A stretch of DNA of 60,958 nt, the filler included. It is 4 parts of 4 records of this genome, joined end to end, with 100 filler letters (N's around TTAATTAATTAA, not from the genome) between each part and the next. Parts side by side here need not be neighbours in the genome. Positions count along the whole stretch, not along the records: positions 40,608 to 54,359 come from SRR31156797_2308; 3 more parts are not named here. One strand, given 5' to 3'. The notes below the pieces were generated by a model. It did no database searches, was not told the origin of the DNA, and was given only the letters and a program-made list of their open reading frames with translations. Positions 42,322-52,033 of the stretch are shown here, in pieces; the stretch's first letter is position 1, and the number at the start of each line of letters is the position of its first letter. Made by a program: the position numbers and the translations under genes.

Positions 42322-43209
42322 ATGAATCTCAAAAAAGAGAGATTGTTTATTTATGGTTTTGTGTTGCCGACATTTTTATTCTATAGCGTGTTTTTCCTGA
42401 TCCCCATAGCGCAGGCATTCTATATCAGCTTCTTCAGATGGAGCGGGCTTTCCAACAGAAAAACTTTTGTCGGACTGGCAAATTTCAAGCGGCTTTTTCA
42501 GGATGAAGTCATCCTTTCGGCCCTTGGGCATAACCTGTTCATGCTGGCGGCGGCCTCCCTGTTCACCTTTGCATTGGCCATGTTTTTCGCGACCGTCCTT
42601 TCCAGGAAAGACTTCAGAGAATCTGGCTTTTACAGGGTGGTTTACCTGTTTCCCAACATCCTCTCCATTGTCGTTATCTCCATTATCTGGATGTTCATCT
42701 ATAATCCATCCTTCGGTATCGTCAACGCTCTTTTGAAGCAGCTGGGCATGGAGCAATTGATCAGGACCTGGCTGGGAGAGCAGGAGACGGTTCTGCCGGC
42801 CCTGGTCGTGCCCATAATCTGGATGCAGACCGGATTCTACACGATCCTCTATCTTTCGGGGATGCAGAACGTGCCGGCCAGCCTCTATGAGGTCGCGGAT
42901 ATAGAAGGGGCCGGAGGCGTGACTCAGTTCTTCCGGATCACCATCCCATTGATCTGGGAGATCATCCGCAGCTCTCTTATCTTCTTTGTGACCCACAGCT
43001 TCAACCTGACCTTTGCCCTTGTGCTTGTCACTACCAAGGGGGGGCCCTTCCGTTCCTCAGAGCTCTTGACAAGCTATCTGTACGAGCAGGCCTTTGAGTT
43101 CAGCGATTTCGGCTACGGTACGGCCATTGGAATACTGGTCTTCATTACGATGCTGATACTGGCAGGTTCGGGCCAGATCCTATCCAGAAGAGAGGTGGTG
43201 AGATACTGA
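42322..43209 (+). CDS. Carbohydrate ABC permease (MalF-like)
   Basis: FVGLANF, EAA loop LYEVADIEGA and FRITIPL motifs. Confidence 0.92.
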   Translation: MNLKKERLFIYGFVLPTFLFYSVFFLIPIAQAFYISFFRWSGLSNRKTFVGLANFKRLFQDEVILSALGHNLFMLAAASLFTFALAMFFATVLSRKDFRESGFYRVVYLFPNILSIVVISIIWMFIYNPSFGIVNALLKQLGMEQLIRTWLGEQETVLPALVVPIIWMQTGFYTILYLSGMQNVPASLYEVADIEGAGGVTQFFRITIPLIWEIIRSSLIFFVTHSFNLTFALVLVTTKGGPFRSSELLTSYLYEQAFEFSDFGYGTAIGILVFITMLILAGSGQILSRREVVRY

Positions 43210-44075
43210 TGAGCAAGATGATTTTTTCCAATATGAACATAAGGAAGAGAGCGAAGGCGGGGGATATTCTCATAAGGGGGGTGATGATCCTTTACTCTGT
43301 GATCGTTATCTATCCCATGCTCTGGACCGCTTTGACCTCGCTGAAGACGAACAAAGAGTTCTATGAAAGCCCCTGGAAGCTTCCCGCTTCTCCGGAGTTC
43401 TCCAACTATGCCCGCGCCTGGGTTCAGGCCAGCTTCGGGGATTACTTCCTGAACAGCATGACCGTGACCCTGATCCCGCTGCTGCTGACCGTTGTCCTGG
43501 CCTCGACATCGGCCTATGTGATCGCCCGCTTCTCCTTTCCCGGGAAGAGGATCCTCACCTTTCTGTATCTCTCCGGCCTGATGGTTCCGGCGGTACTGAC
43601 TATTATACCGACCTTTTTTCTGTTAAACGGCTTCCATCTCCTGGATAAGCTCAGCGGACTGATCTGCGTCTACAGCAGCCGCACTCTCCCTTTTTCTCTG
43701 TTTATCCTCATCGGCTTCTATAAAACCCTGCCCCGGGAATTGGAAGAAGCCGCGACCATAGACGGCTGCGGTTATGCCCAGACCTTCTGGAAGATTATGT
43801 TTCCCATGGCAGTGCCGGGGCTAGTGACGGTGAATATCTTCAATTTCATCTACTATTGGAACGAGTTCATTCTGGCCCTGACCTATATCTCATCCTCTGC
43901 CAAAAAAACACTGCCCGTCGGGATGGCCGGCATGATGGAGGTCGCCCGTTACAAGACCGATTGGGGCGGGCTTTTCGCCGGGATCATGATGATCATGCTG
44001 CCCACTCTGCTGTTCTATGTCCTCTTTCAAAAGCAGATCGCCAAGGGACTGACCGCGGGCGCGGTGAAGGGATAG
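43209..44075 (+). CDS. Carbohydrate ABC permease (MalG-like)
   Basis: ELEEAATIDGC, WNEF and C-terminal GLTAGAVKG motifs. Confidence 0.93.
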   Translation: MSKMIFSNMNIRKRAKAGDILIRGVMILYSVIVIYPMLWTALTSLKTNKEFYESPWKLPASPEFSNYARAWVQASFGDYFLNSMTVTLIPLLLTVVLASTSAYVIARFSFPGKRILTFLYLSGLMVPAVLTIIPTFFLLNGFHLLDKLSGLICVYSSRTLPFSLFILIGFYKTLPRELEEAATIDGCGYAQTFWKIMFPMAVPGLVTVNIFNFIYYWNEFILALTYISSSAKKTLPVGMAGMMEVARYKTDWGGLFAGIMMIMLPTLLFYVLFQKQIAKGLTAGAVKG

Positions 44076-44079
44076 ACCG

Positions 44080-45546
44080 ATGAGGAAAGCGAATATCATA
44101 TTGATCATGTGCGATCAGCTGCGGGGAGACTCCCTGGGCTTCGCCGGCCATCCCTGTGTGGAAACGCCTCATCTGGATCAGCTGGCCGCCGAGGGCGTGC
44201 GCTTCACCAACGCCTACTCCGCCGTTCCCAGCTGCATTGCCGCCCGGGCCTCGCTGCTGACGGGTAAGGCCCCCCGGAATCACGGGCGGACCGGATACGA
44301 AGACGGCGTTCCCTTCGGCTACGGGGAAACCCTGCCCCGTTCCCTGGCCGATGCGGGATACCATACCCAGGCCGTGGGAAAGAATCATTTCTATCCCCCC
44401 CGGGCACTCTGCGGTTATCATAACAGCGTGCTCCTCGACGGCTTTCTTCAGGCCGAAAGGCCTCATGTCAGTAACTACGGACTGGTGGACGACTACGTCC
44501 GCGAACTGAAGGAGAAAGAGGGCGCTGACGCGGACATGGTTTTTCACGGCGTTGGCTGTAACTCCTACCTCTCCCGGAGCTGGCCCTATGACGAGTCCCT
44601 TCACCCCACGTCCTGGGTGACAAGCAAGGGGATCGATTTTCTCAGACGGAGGGACCCGACGCGCCCCTTCTTTCTGAAGCTTTCCTACCTGGCGCCCCAT
44701 CCTCCCTATGTTCCTGTCAAAGAGTTTCTGGATCTTTACGCGGATGCTCCCGTACCCGATCCGATTGTGGGAGACTGGGTAGGGGAGGTCCCTATGATGC
44801 CCCGGACCGACGGCTGCCGGGGGAAGATCTCCGCGGATCGGATGAGGAGACTCCGGCAGGCCTATTACGCTCTTATCACTCAGGTGGACTATCAGGTCGG
44901 CCGTTTTCTGATTCATCTGGAGGAGATGAAGGAGCGGGAGAACAGCGTTATCATATTCTGTTCGGATCATGGTGAGATGCTGGGGGACCACCATCTGTAT
45001 CGCAAGGCCGTCCCTTTCGAGGGGGCGGTCAAAATACCTTTCTTCATTCACTTCGGTTCGGCCCTCAGAGGAGGCCGCGCCGGGAAGGTGGTGGATGAGA
45101 TCACGGAGCTGCGGGACGTAATGCCCACCCTCCTGGATCTGTTGGATCTGCCTATTCCCGAGGGGGTGGACGGGCTCTCCCTCCTCCCCCTGATGGACGA
45201 TGTTGACGGCAGGGCCGGGTTTGAAAGGTCTCTTCTCCATGGGGAACACTGCCTGGAGGGCATCCCCGGATACGAGGACTTCGGCTCCTGTCAGTACCTT
45301 GTCAGCAAGGATGAGAAGTATATCTGGTTCCCCCAAACGAACCGGGAGCTGCTCTTTCGACTGGACAGGGACCCTGATGAGCTCCATGACCTGTCCGCTG
45401 ACTGTCCGGAGCGAATCGCCTTCTTCAGACAGCGGATGGCCGAAGAGCTTGAGGGCCGGGAAGAGGGCTATGTGCGAGGCGGGCGGCTGCAGTCCGGAGT
45501 CCGGGGCAAAAATACTTTGCAATTTATGAGGAATGCTCTAGAGTAG
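44080..45546 (+). CDS. Cytoplasmic formylglycine-dependent sulfatase (CxAxR variant)
   Basis: NIILIMCDQLRGD, TPHLDQLA, SCIAARASLLTG, GKNH, PHPP and SDHGEMLGDH motifs; no signal peptide. Confidence 0.92.
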   Translation: MRKANIILIMCDQLRGDSLGFAGHPCVETPHLDQLAAEGVRFTNAYSAVPSCIAARASLLTGKAPRNHGRTGYEDGVPFGYGETLPRSLADAGYHTQAVGKNHFYPPRALCGYHNSVLLDGFLQAERPHVSNYGLVDDYVRELKEKEGADADMVFHGVGCNSYLSRSWPYDESLHPTSWVTSKGIDFLRRRDPTRPFFLKLSYLAPHPPYVPVKEFLDLYADAPVPDPIVGDWVGEVPMMPRTDGCRGKISADRMRRLRQAYYALITQVDYQVGRFLIHLEEMKERENSVIIFCSDHGEMLGDHHLYRKAVPFEGAVKIPFFIHFGSALRGGRAGKVVDEITELRDVMPTLLDLLDLPIPEGVDGLSLLPLMDDVDGRAGFERSLLHGEHCLEGIPGYEDFGSCQYLVSKDEKYIWFPQTNRELLFRLDRDPDELHDLSADCPERIAFFRQRMAEELEGREEGYVRGGRLQSGVRGKNTLQFMRNALE

Positions 45547-45591
45547 GATAATGACTATGCCCCTGACCCACCCCTATCCGATGGACGTTCA

Positions 45592-46302
45592 ATGAATCCG
45601 GATCAGAAGATCTCCCTGCTGATTGCCGAGGATTCTCTCATCCTGCAGGACAAGCTGAAGGCCCTGATCTCTTTTGAGAGCGACTTCGAGCTCTTTGCCG
45701 TGGTCGGTTCGGGAAGGGACGCTGTGCAGTCCGTCCGGGACGGAGGGGCGGAGCATCCCGATGTGGCCCTGCTGGACATAGAGATGGAGACACCCTTCGC
45801 CGGTATAGACGCCGCCGGAAAACTAAAGGAGCTTCATCCGGATATTAAGATTATTATGCTCACCGTGCTGGAAAGCGAGGAGGCTATCACCGCCGCCTTC
45901 GAGGCCGGGGCGGATGACTATGTCCTGAAAAGCTCCGGTTCCATGGAGATCCTCTTTTCCATCAGGGCCGCCTATAAGGGCGATTCCAGCATCAAACCCC
46001 GGATAGCCAGAACCCTGAAGAAGGAGATCATCCGGATCAGGAAGACGAAGGACCATCTTCGTTTCATCCTCACCATCGTCTCTCAAATCACACCCACCGA
46101 GATCATGATCCTGGAAGAGCTTCTGGAGGGGCGGAAGCAGGCTGACATCGCCCGCAATCTCTGTATCGAGCTCTCTACGGTAAAAACCCATATCAACCGC
46201 ATCCTGAAGAAGTTTAAGATGAGGCGATCCTCAGAGATGGTTCAGTTCATAGGCGAAACCTGTCTGTTGGATTTTCTCAAGGATCAGTCCTCTTCAGTAT
46301 GA
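45592..46302 (+). CDS. NarL/LuxR family response regulator
   Basis: IAED, LLDIEM, GADDYVLK; HTH STVKTHINRILKK. Confidence 0.92.
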   Translation: MNPDQKISLLIAEDSLILQDKLKALISFESDFELFAVVGSGRDAVQSVRDGGAEHPDVALLDIEMETPFAGIDAAGKLKELHPDIKIIMLTVLESEEAITAAFEAGADDYVLKSSGSMEILFSIRAAYKGDSSIKPRIARTLKKEIIRIRKTKDHLRFILTIVSQITPTEIMILEELLEGRKQADIARNLCIELSTVKTHINRILKKFKMRRSSEMVQFIGETCLLDFLKDQSSSV

Positions 46303-47808
46303 GATCCCGGGCGTTACGGGGAGCAGGATAATAAAGCGGGCTCCTCCGCTGTTGCTATTCTCAAACATGATCTTACCCTTGTGGGCCCGTACGATCTTCT
46401 GGCAGTAGGACAGTCCTATCCCCCAGTTTTTCCCTGTGTCCTTGGTGGAGTAGAAGGGAAGGAAGATCTTTTTCTGGTCCTTGGAGGCTATGCCGGGGCC
46501 GTTGTCTTCAATCGTGATGATGTGCCAGCGCCTCTCCCAGTTGTAGGATATGCTGATCTTCCCCTCCCTGTCGCCAAGGGCCTCCCGGGCGTTGGCGATG
46601 ATATTGACCAATACGTCGCATATATAGTTCCTGTCGCAGAAACAGCTCCTGTCTTCAATAGGCCCGTCGATCCGATAGCTGAGCCGGGGGGTGGAGGAGG
46701 GCTCTATCCTGTTCATGGCCGCGTCCAGCAGGGCCCTTACGGGCACATCGCCGAACTCCAGACGTATGGTGCTGTTCTTTTTGTTCAGTATATCCAGGCG
46801 ACGCATCAGCTCTTCGCAGATGCGGTCAACCATAAGCCTCTTCTCGTCATCGTCGTAGCGCGGGCTTCCCACAAGGTACTGAATCTCCAGAAGGCGGTTT
46901 TTCACCATATGGGACACGGACGAGCTCAACTGGTTCAGATGAACCTCCGTTGAGGGGTGGCGGTTGGTCTTCAGGAACATGAACTCAAGGATGTTGTATT
47001 TGTAGAGGGCGAAGATCAGACTGACCAGTGATATCACCGCAATGGAGGGATAGATGAAGTAGACCGCCATGGAGGGGTAGAGCTCCAGGGACTTATAGGA
47101 TTCGAAGGAGTAGTTATAGACATGGGAGGGGAGGTTCCCCCTCAGTAGGATCAGGTGCTCCGGCGTCCAGTAAAAGACCAGAAAGTGAAGAATGAACAGG
47201 GTGATGATGGAGATGTGGATTCCCAGAGTTTTGTTTCGGATAAAGGGATTCTTAAGCCTCTTCTGCACCTGGACCATGCTCATAATGGAAAAGGCCGTGT
47301 AGCAGAAGAACCAGAGCCTGTTCATGGTCTTCATAATGGTGAGGAAGGTAAAGAAGTTCAGCTCCGTTCCGTACCGCCTGTTTATACGGCCGAAGAAGGA
47401 GTAGAGCTCATTGCCGATATAGGGATCATAGACAAGGATCAGCAGGCCCGGAGGGATGAGGCAGAGGAGATAGTGTTTCAGCCGGTAGTGCTTCTTCTCC
47501 GCATAGGAGAGGCCGAATCCCAAAACGCAGTAGTAGAACAGCGCTTCTCCGAAGATCAGTATTCTGTTGACCGTGAAGGCCGAGAGTCCCAGGTTGTTGA
47601 CCATGACCCAGGTTTTTTTATTGATATCGAAGAGGATGCTTCTCAGGTAGTAGTAGTCCCAGAAATACACAGAATAGAGGATCAGCCCTGCTATGGAGAT
47701 GCAGAATCCGATATAGACTCCGAAGAGCCATTTCCCGTAGCTTGTTTTATAGCTTTTGGCGATGACATAGAGGGAGAGGAATGAGACGATGAACAGGGCG
47801 TAGATCAT
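46294..47808 (-). CDS. Multi-TM sensor histidine kinase
   Basis: About 7 TM segments; SHMVKNRL H-box, NIIANAREA, DNGPGI and GIGLSYC motifs. Confidence 0.9.
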   Translation of the reverse strand: MIYALFIVSFLSLYVIAKSYKTSYGKWLFGVYIGFCISIAGLILYSVYFWDYYYLRSILFDINKKTWVMVNNLGLSAFTVNRILIFGEALFYYCVLGFGLSYAEKKHYRLKHYLLCLIPPGLLILVYDPYIGNELYSFFGRINRRYGTELNFFTFLTIMKTMNRLWFFCYTAFSIMSMVQVQKRLKNPFIRNKTLGIHISIITLFILHFLVFYWTPEHLILLRGNLPSHVYNYSFESYKSLELYPSMAVYFIYPSIAVISLVSLIFALYKYNILEFMFLKTNRHPSTEVHLNQLSSSVSHMVKNRLLEIQYLVGSPRYDDDEKRLMVDRICEELMRRLDILNKKNSTIRLEFGDVPVRALLDAAMNRIEPSSTPRLSYRIDGPIEDRSCFCDRNYICDVLVNIIANAREALGDREGKISISYNWERRWHIITIEDNGPGIASKDQKKIFLPFYSTKDTGKNWGIGLSYCQKIVRAHKGKIMFENSNSGGARFIILLPVTPGISY

Positions 47809-47851
47809 AGCCTGTTTATGATAGCCCTCCGCTTATCTCCAGTCAAACAGT

Positions 47852-48496
47852 TTAGATACTCAGACAGTCATGAATGGAGTTGATGTCCCTGATCAGCAAC
47901 TCTTCGGCCCTATCCAGATCGCCTTTGGTCAGAGCGGACAGAATTTTCTCATGAGAGTCGGGCTCATAACTCATATAGCTATCGGGATCCTTGTTCCAGA
48001 ACAGTTGCATATTCACACGCTTCAGGAAGTAGAGCGTGTCCACAAGGGACTTTGTGAGCAGGCTGTTTCCGGCGCAGGCGTTCAGGGCTATATGGAACTC
48101 AACATTGATCTCCCACCATTGTCCCAGGCCTATGGAGTCTCCCTTCTCTGGCAGGGATGCGTCGATCATAGTCTTCTCCAGATCTTCCATCTGCCTCTTC
48201 GTCAGCTTTCCCCCTGTAAGTCTAAGGCCCTGGGATTCCAGGATGACCCTGAACTGCATGGCCTCCCGGAAGTCCCGCTCGGTCAGCTGCAGGATCTGAT
48301 ATCCAGAGCGGGGGATATTGCGGATAACGTTCTCGTTGCACAGCTCTATCAGGGCCTCCCTGACGGGGGCCTTGCTTGCGCCGAACTGTTTGGCCAGGTT
48401 TCCCTCTTTGAGGAACTCGTCCAGGGGGAATTTATTTTCCAGAATCATCTCCAGAATCTCGTCATGGATCTTCTTTTTCAGGGATACTTTGCTCAT
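47852..48496 (-). CDS. GntR family (FCD) transcriptional regulator
   Basis: LAKQFGASKAPVREAL wHTH; EFHIAL...AGNSLL...HEKIL FCD domain. Confidence 0.9.
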   Translation of the reverse strand: MSKVSLKKKIHDEILEMILENKFPLDEFLKEGNLAKQFGASKAPVREALIELCNENVIRNIPRSGYQILQLTERDFREAMQFRVILESQGLRLTGGKLTKRQMEDLEKTMIDASLPEKGDSIGLGQWWEINVEFHIALNACAGNSLLTKSLVDTLYFLKRVNMQLFWNKDPDSYMSYEPDSHEKILSALTKGDLDRAEELLIRDINSIHDCLSI

Positions 48497-48553
48497 GGTC
48501 CTTCCTGTTTGAGTACCATCCTACGCGCTTTGCTGAGAAAAATCAACTTAACA

Positions 48554-48593
48554 TTGACAGATATATGAATTGATAACATAATACTGGTATGAT
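48554..48593 (+). promoter_or_regulatory. Sigma-70 promoter with overlapping palindromic operator
   Basis: TTGACA(48554)-N17-CATAAT(48577); ATAATAC-TG-GTATGAT near-palindrome overlapping -10/+1. Confidence 0.7.
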
Positions 48594-48650
48594 TACAAAT
48601 CATGTTTGAAATTCCGCCGCTTTCGGAATCCGGTTATTTGGAGACTGCAT

Positions 48651-49655
48651 ATGGATAAAGAAGGGAAAAGAAGGATCATTATTGATACGGATCCCGGGGT
48701 GGATGATGCGTTTGCCATCATCACAGCCTTCAGCTATGAGGGCTTTCAGGTAGAGGGTATCACCACGGTGGCGGGCAATAAGTCGCTGGCTTACGTTACG
48801 GACAATGCTCTTAAACTTGTTCATCTGATGGGAGCTGACTGCAAGGTCTATGCCGGTTCGAACTCCATCTTCAAGGACTATGGAAAACCCCTTGGAGAAG
48901 AGATGCACCCCGGAGACACACATGGTATTGACGGTCTGGGTGGGATAGATCTGGATCTGGACCGTTCCAGACTGTCCGAGACCCATGCGGTGGATTTTAT
49001 TCTGGATACGGTTCGCGCCCATCCGGATGAGATTGAGATCTTCGCGATCGGCCCCCTGACCAATCTGGCCCTTGCCATTAAGAGGGAGCCGGAGACGATG
49101 AAGCGTGTAAAGACCATTTGGTCAATGGGCGGAGGCGTCCGCCGGGGGAACATGACCCCTGTGGCGGAGTTTAACTACTGGTTTGATCCGGAAGCGGCGG
49201 ATCTTACATTCAGCATCGGCTGTGATGTGGATATCTATATGTTCGGCCTGGACGTAACGTATAAGACCTTTTTCACGGCCAATGATTTCTTTTTCTTGAA
49301 AGAGGAAGGAGGTACCTTAGGAAAGCATTTGCATGATATGGCACAGGACTATATGTGTTCCTACTGGCAGAACCGGAAGATCACCGGAGCGGTCATACAC
49401 GACCTCGTACCGGTGATGTATGCCATCGATCCCTCCATATCGAAGGAGAAGGATGTGTACCGCTGTACCTTGAATGTCAGCTGTCACGCCGGACTGACTC
49501 AGGGACAGACCATTGCGGATCTGGAAAATCGTTTCGACGAACCCAGAAACGCCTACGTGGTGATGAATGCCGACGGCAGAAGGTTCAAGGAGAACTTCCT
49601 GTCCATCGTGTTCCCTGAAGCTCTGGACACATATAAAAGGTATGTAGTGAGTTGA
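48651..49655 (+). CDS. Nucleoside hydrolase (IU-NH family)
   Basis: ATG 48651 after GGAG; DTDPGVDDA, HGIDGLG, IGPLTNLA, AEFNYWFDPEAA and IHDL motifs. Confidence 0.93.
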   Translation: MDKEGKRRIIIDTDPGVDDAFAIITAFSYEGFQVEGITTVAGNKSLAYVTDNALKLVHLMGADCKVYAGSNSIFKDYGKPLGEEMHPGDTHGIDGLGGIDLDLDRSRLSETHAVDFILDTVRAHPDEIEIFAIGPLTNLALAIKREPETMKRVKTIWSMGGGVRRGNMTPVAEFNYWFDPEAADLTFSIGCDVDIYMFGLDVTYKTFFTANDFFFLKEEGGTLGKHLHDMAQDYMCSYWQNRKITGAVIHDLVPVMYAIDPSISKEKDVYRCTLNVSCHAGLTQGQTIADLENRFDEPRNAYVVMNADGRRFKENFLSIVFPEALDTYKRYVVS

Positions 49656-49768
49656 GCCTTATCAGGTCGGCTGTCGCAATCAGAATGCTGTGAACAAGGC
49701 CATTGGGCCCTTAAGCAGGTAAATCACCGGGGCTTCTGTGGAACCCTGGCTGTATAAAGGAGTTTGAA

Positions 49769-50371
49769 ATGGGGGAAAGTTTAGTTAAGAGAATGGGAAT
49801 GACCACGATTCTGCTGATTCCGATCTGCATCGCCATCAACTTTGTGGGCGGACAGATTGTAACGCTGCTGAAACTGCCGGTTTACCTTGATGTGATCGGA
49901 ACGATCCTGGCGGGTGCCCTGGCCGGACCCATATGCGGTATGATCGTCGGTCTGATTACCAACCTGGTTTTGGGAATCACCAATCCCGTACTGATTCCTT
50001 TCGCTGTCGTCAATGTGGGCGTCGGCCTCATCGCCGGTATCTGCGCCATGAAAGGCGGCTTTAAGACCATCAAGGGGACTATTCTAACCAGCCTGGCTAT
50101 CTGGGCCATTGTACAGATCACAGCTGTTCCTCTGACGGTTATCCTTTTCGGCGGTGTCGCAGGCGGCGGTTCTTCTGTTATTACCGCCTTCTTCCTGGCC
50201 ACCGGACAAGGCCTGTGGGAAGCCGTGTTCAGCCAGAGTCTGATCGTGGAGACCGTGGACAAGGTTATCTCCACCTTTGCCGTCTTCTTTATCATCAAGA
50301 GGATCAACGACAGTACTCTGGTCAAGTTTAACCTGGGCGATCGCTACGTAGTCGAAGAGGCCGCAGAATGA
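49769..50371 (+). CDS. ECF transporter substrate-binding S component
   Basis: IAINFVGG...LKLPVYLDVIGTILAGALAGP; hydrophobic; precedes ecfT and ecfAA'. Confidence 0.88.
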   Translation: MGESLVKRMGMTTILLIPICIAINFVGGQIVTLLKLPVYLDVIGTILAGALAGPICGMIVGLITNLVLGITNPVLIPFAVVNVGVGLIAGICAMKGGFKTIKGTILTSLAIWAIVQITAVPLTVILFGGVAGGGSSVITAFFLATGQGLWEAVFSQSLIVETVDKVISTFAVFFIIKRINDSTLVKFNLGDRYVVEEAAE

Positions 50372-50380
50372 TCTATACGA

Positions 50381-50412
50381 CCTTGCCGGCGAAAGAATCT
50401 TCGCCGGCAAGG
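50381..50412 (+). other. Perfect 13-bp intercistronic hairpin
   Basis: CCTTGCCGGCGAA-AGAATC-TTCGCCGGCAAGG. Confidence 0.75.
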
Positions 50413-50429
50413 AGATCAGGAGTACGCCC

Positions 50430-51182
50430 ATGAAGCAATCGAAAAGACTTATCTCTGATCTGTATCCTCTGACGAAGCTTTTTGTCGTTCTTCTGATCAG
50501 TGCGGCCTCGATCTTCAGCAACGACTTCAGGATCAGCTACTTTCTTATCCTGCCTATGCTGTTACTCTTCGCTCTCCTGGAAGGCTGTTTTGTCAGCTAC
50601 GGGAAGAAGATGGCCGCCGCCATGATTATTATGTTTTTCTTTATCTTTGTCATCAAAGGCTTCTTCGATCCCTCTGAAGAGATCGTCTATGAGTTTATGG
50701 GAATCGGTGTAAAGAAAGCGGGACTGGAGAGCGCCCTGAGGCTAACCTCCATCATCCTGTCCCTGGGAGGCTCGCTTCTCCTGTTCTTCGAGACTACCAA
50801 CCTTGAGGAGTTTATGATCTCCCTTCAGAAGGTAGGCGTCTCCCATGTGCATGCCTTTATCTTCCTGTCCACCCTGCAGATGATCCCAGAGTTCTCCAAG
50901 AAGAGCAAGGTTATATTGCAGGCCCAGAGAACCAGGGGTATCGAGACCGAGGGGAATCTATTTATCCGCGTTAAGGCCTTCTTTCCCACCCTGACGCCTC
51001 TTATCATCTCCTCTATTTCGGATATCGAGGATAAGGTGATCACCATGGAGGCCCGGGCCTTTTCGGTCGAAACGAAGAAGACCCATATCCTGGAGCTGGA
51101 GCCGAGGGGAACGGACCGGCTGATTATGATTCTTGCATTCCTGTTGTTTATCGGATTTCTCGCCTGGAGGTACCTGTTTTGA
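50430..51182 (+). CDS. ecfT: ECF transporter T component
   Basis: AQRTRG and MEARAF XRX motifs. Confidence 0.9.
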   Translation: MKQSKRLISDLYPLTKLFVVLLISAASIFSNDFRISYFLILPMLLLFALLEGCFVSYGKKMAAAMIIMFFFIFVIKGFFDPSEEIVYEFMGIGVKKAGLESALRLTSIILSLGGSLLLFFETTNLEEFMISLQKVGVSHVHAFIFLSTLQMIPEFSKKSKVILQAQRTRGIETEGNLFIRVKAFFPTLTPLIISSISDIEDKVITMEARAFSVETKKTHILELEPRGTDRLIMILAFLLFIGFLAWRYLF

Positions 51183-52033
51183 ATGCCGTGGAACTTAGGA
51201 ATGTCAGCTATCGCTACCCTATCGGCAAATCCAAAGTACTGGATGATGTCACATTCTCCATAGGAAAGGGGGAGTTCGTTGCCCTGGTGGGACGGAACGG
51301 AAGCGGAAAGACCACAGTCTGCAATATCATCCGGGGATTTATCCCCGGCTTCCATAAGGGGAAATTCTCCGGAGAGGTACTGATCAACGACAGGGACCTG
51401 AAGGATATGTCCATGGGGGAGATAGCCGTACAGGTCGGCTTTGTTTTTCAGAATCCTTTCATACAAATCAGCGGTATCAAGAGTTCCGTATTCAACGAGG
51501 TCGCCTATGGTCTGGAGAACCTGGGTGTCAGCCGGGATCAGATGATCGATCGCGTGGAGGCAATCCTGAAGGAGCTGAATGTCTGGGAACTGAAGGATAA
51601 GCATCCGGCCGAGCTTTCTGGCGGGCAGCGTCAGCGAGTGGCACTGGCTTCGGTTCTGGTCATGGACCCGGATATCCTGATCATTGATGAACCTACCTCG
51701 CAGCTCGATCCTCAGAGTACGGAACAGGTCTTCGAGATCATCCGCATTCTCAAGGAAAAGAAGAAGACCATAGTCCTGGTGGAGCACAAGATCGACCTTA
51801 TCAGCGAGTATGCCGACAGGGTGATTCTTCTGGATGATAAGAAAATCCTCTTCGACGGTCCCGCCCGGGAGGTATTGATTCGGAATGAACTGCTTTCCCG
51901 TGGGGTGAATCTACCGCAGGTAACCCGGCTGGCTCTCAGTTTTGAGGAAGAGAGGGGCAGAAAGCTGGACCGCATTCCCTCCCTTTATCAGGATGCGGTA
52001 GATCTGTTTAAGGCCTGCAAGAGGAAAGGATGA
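51179..52033 (+). CDS. ecfA1: ECF transporter ATPase A1
   Basis: TTG start overlapping the ecfT stop; GRNGSGKTT, FQNP, LSGGQRQR and IDEPTSQLDP motifs. Confidence 0.9.
   Translation: MNAVELRNVSYRYPIGKSKVLDDVTFSIGKGEFVALVGRNGSGKTTVCNIIRGFIPGFHKGKFSGEVLINDRDLKDMSMGEIAVQVGFVFQNPFIQISGIKSSVFNEVAYGLENLGVSRDQMIDRVEAILKELNVWELKDKHPAELSGGQRQRVALASVLVMDPDILIIDEPTSQLDPQSTEQVFEIIRILKEKKKTIVLVEHKIDLISEYADRVILLDDKKILFDGPAREVLIRNELLSRGVNLPQVTRLALSFEEERGRKLDRIPSLYQDAVDLFKACKRKG

Noticed and set aside
43993-45522. 509-aa antisense ORF, and similar long shadow ORFs at 41141-41947 and 50825-51787
   Set aside because: They lie opposite well-supported genes in GC-rich DNA and have no protein motifs
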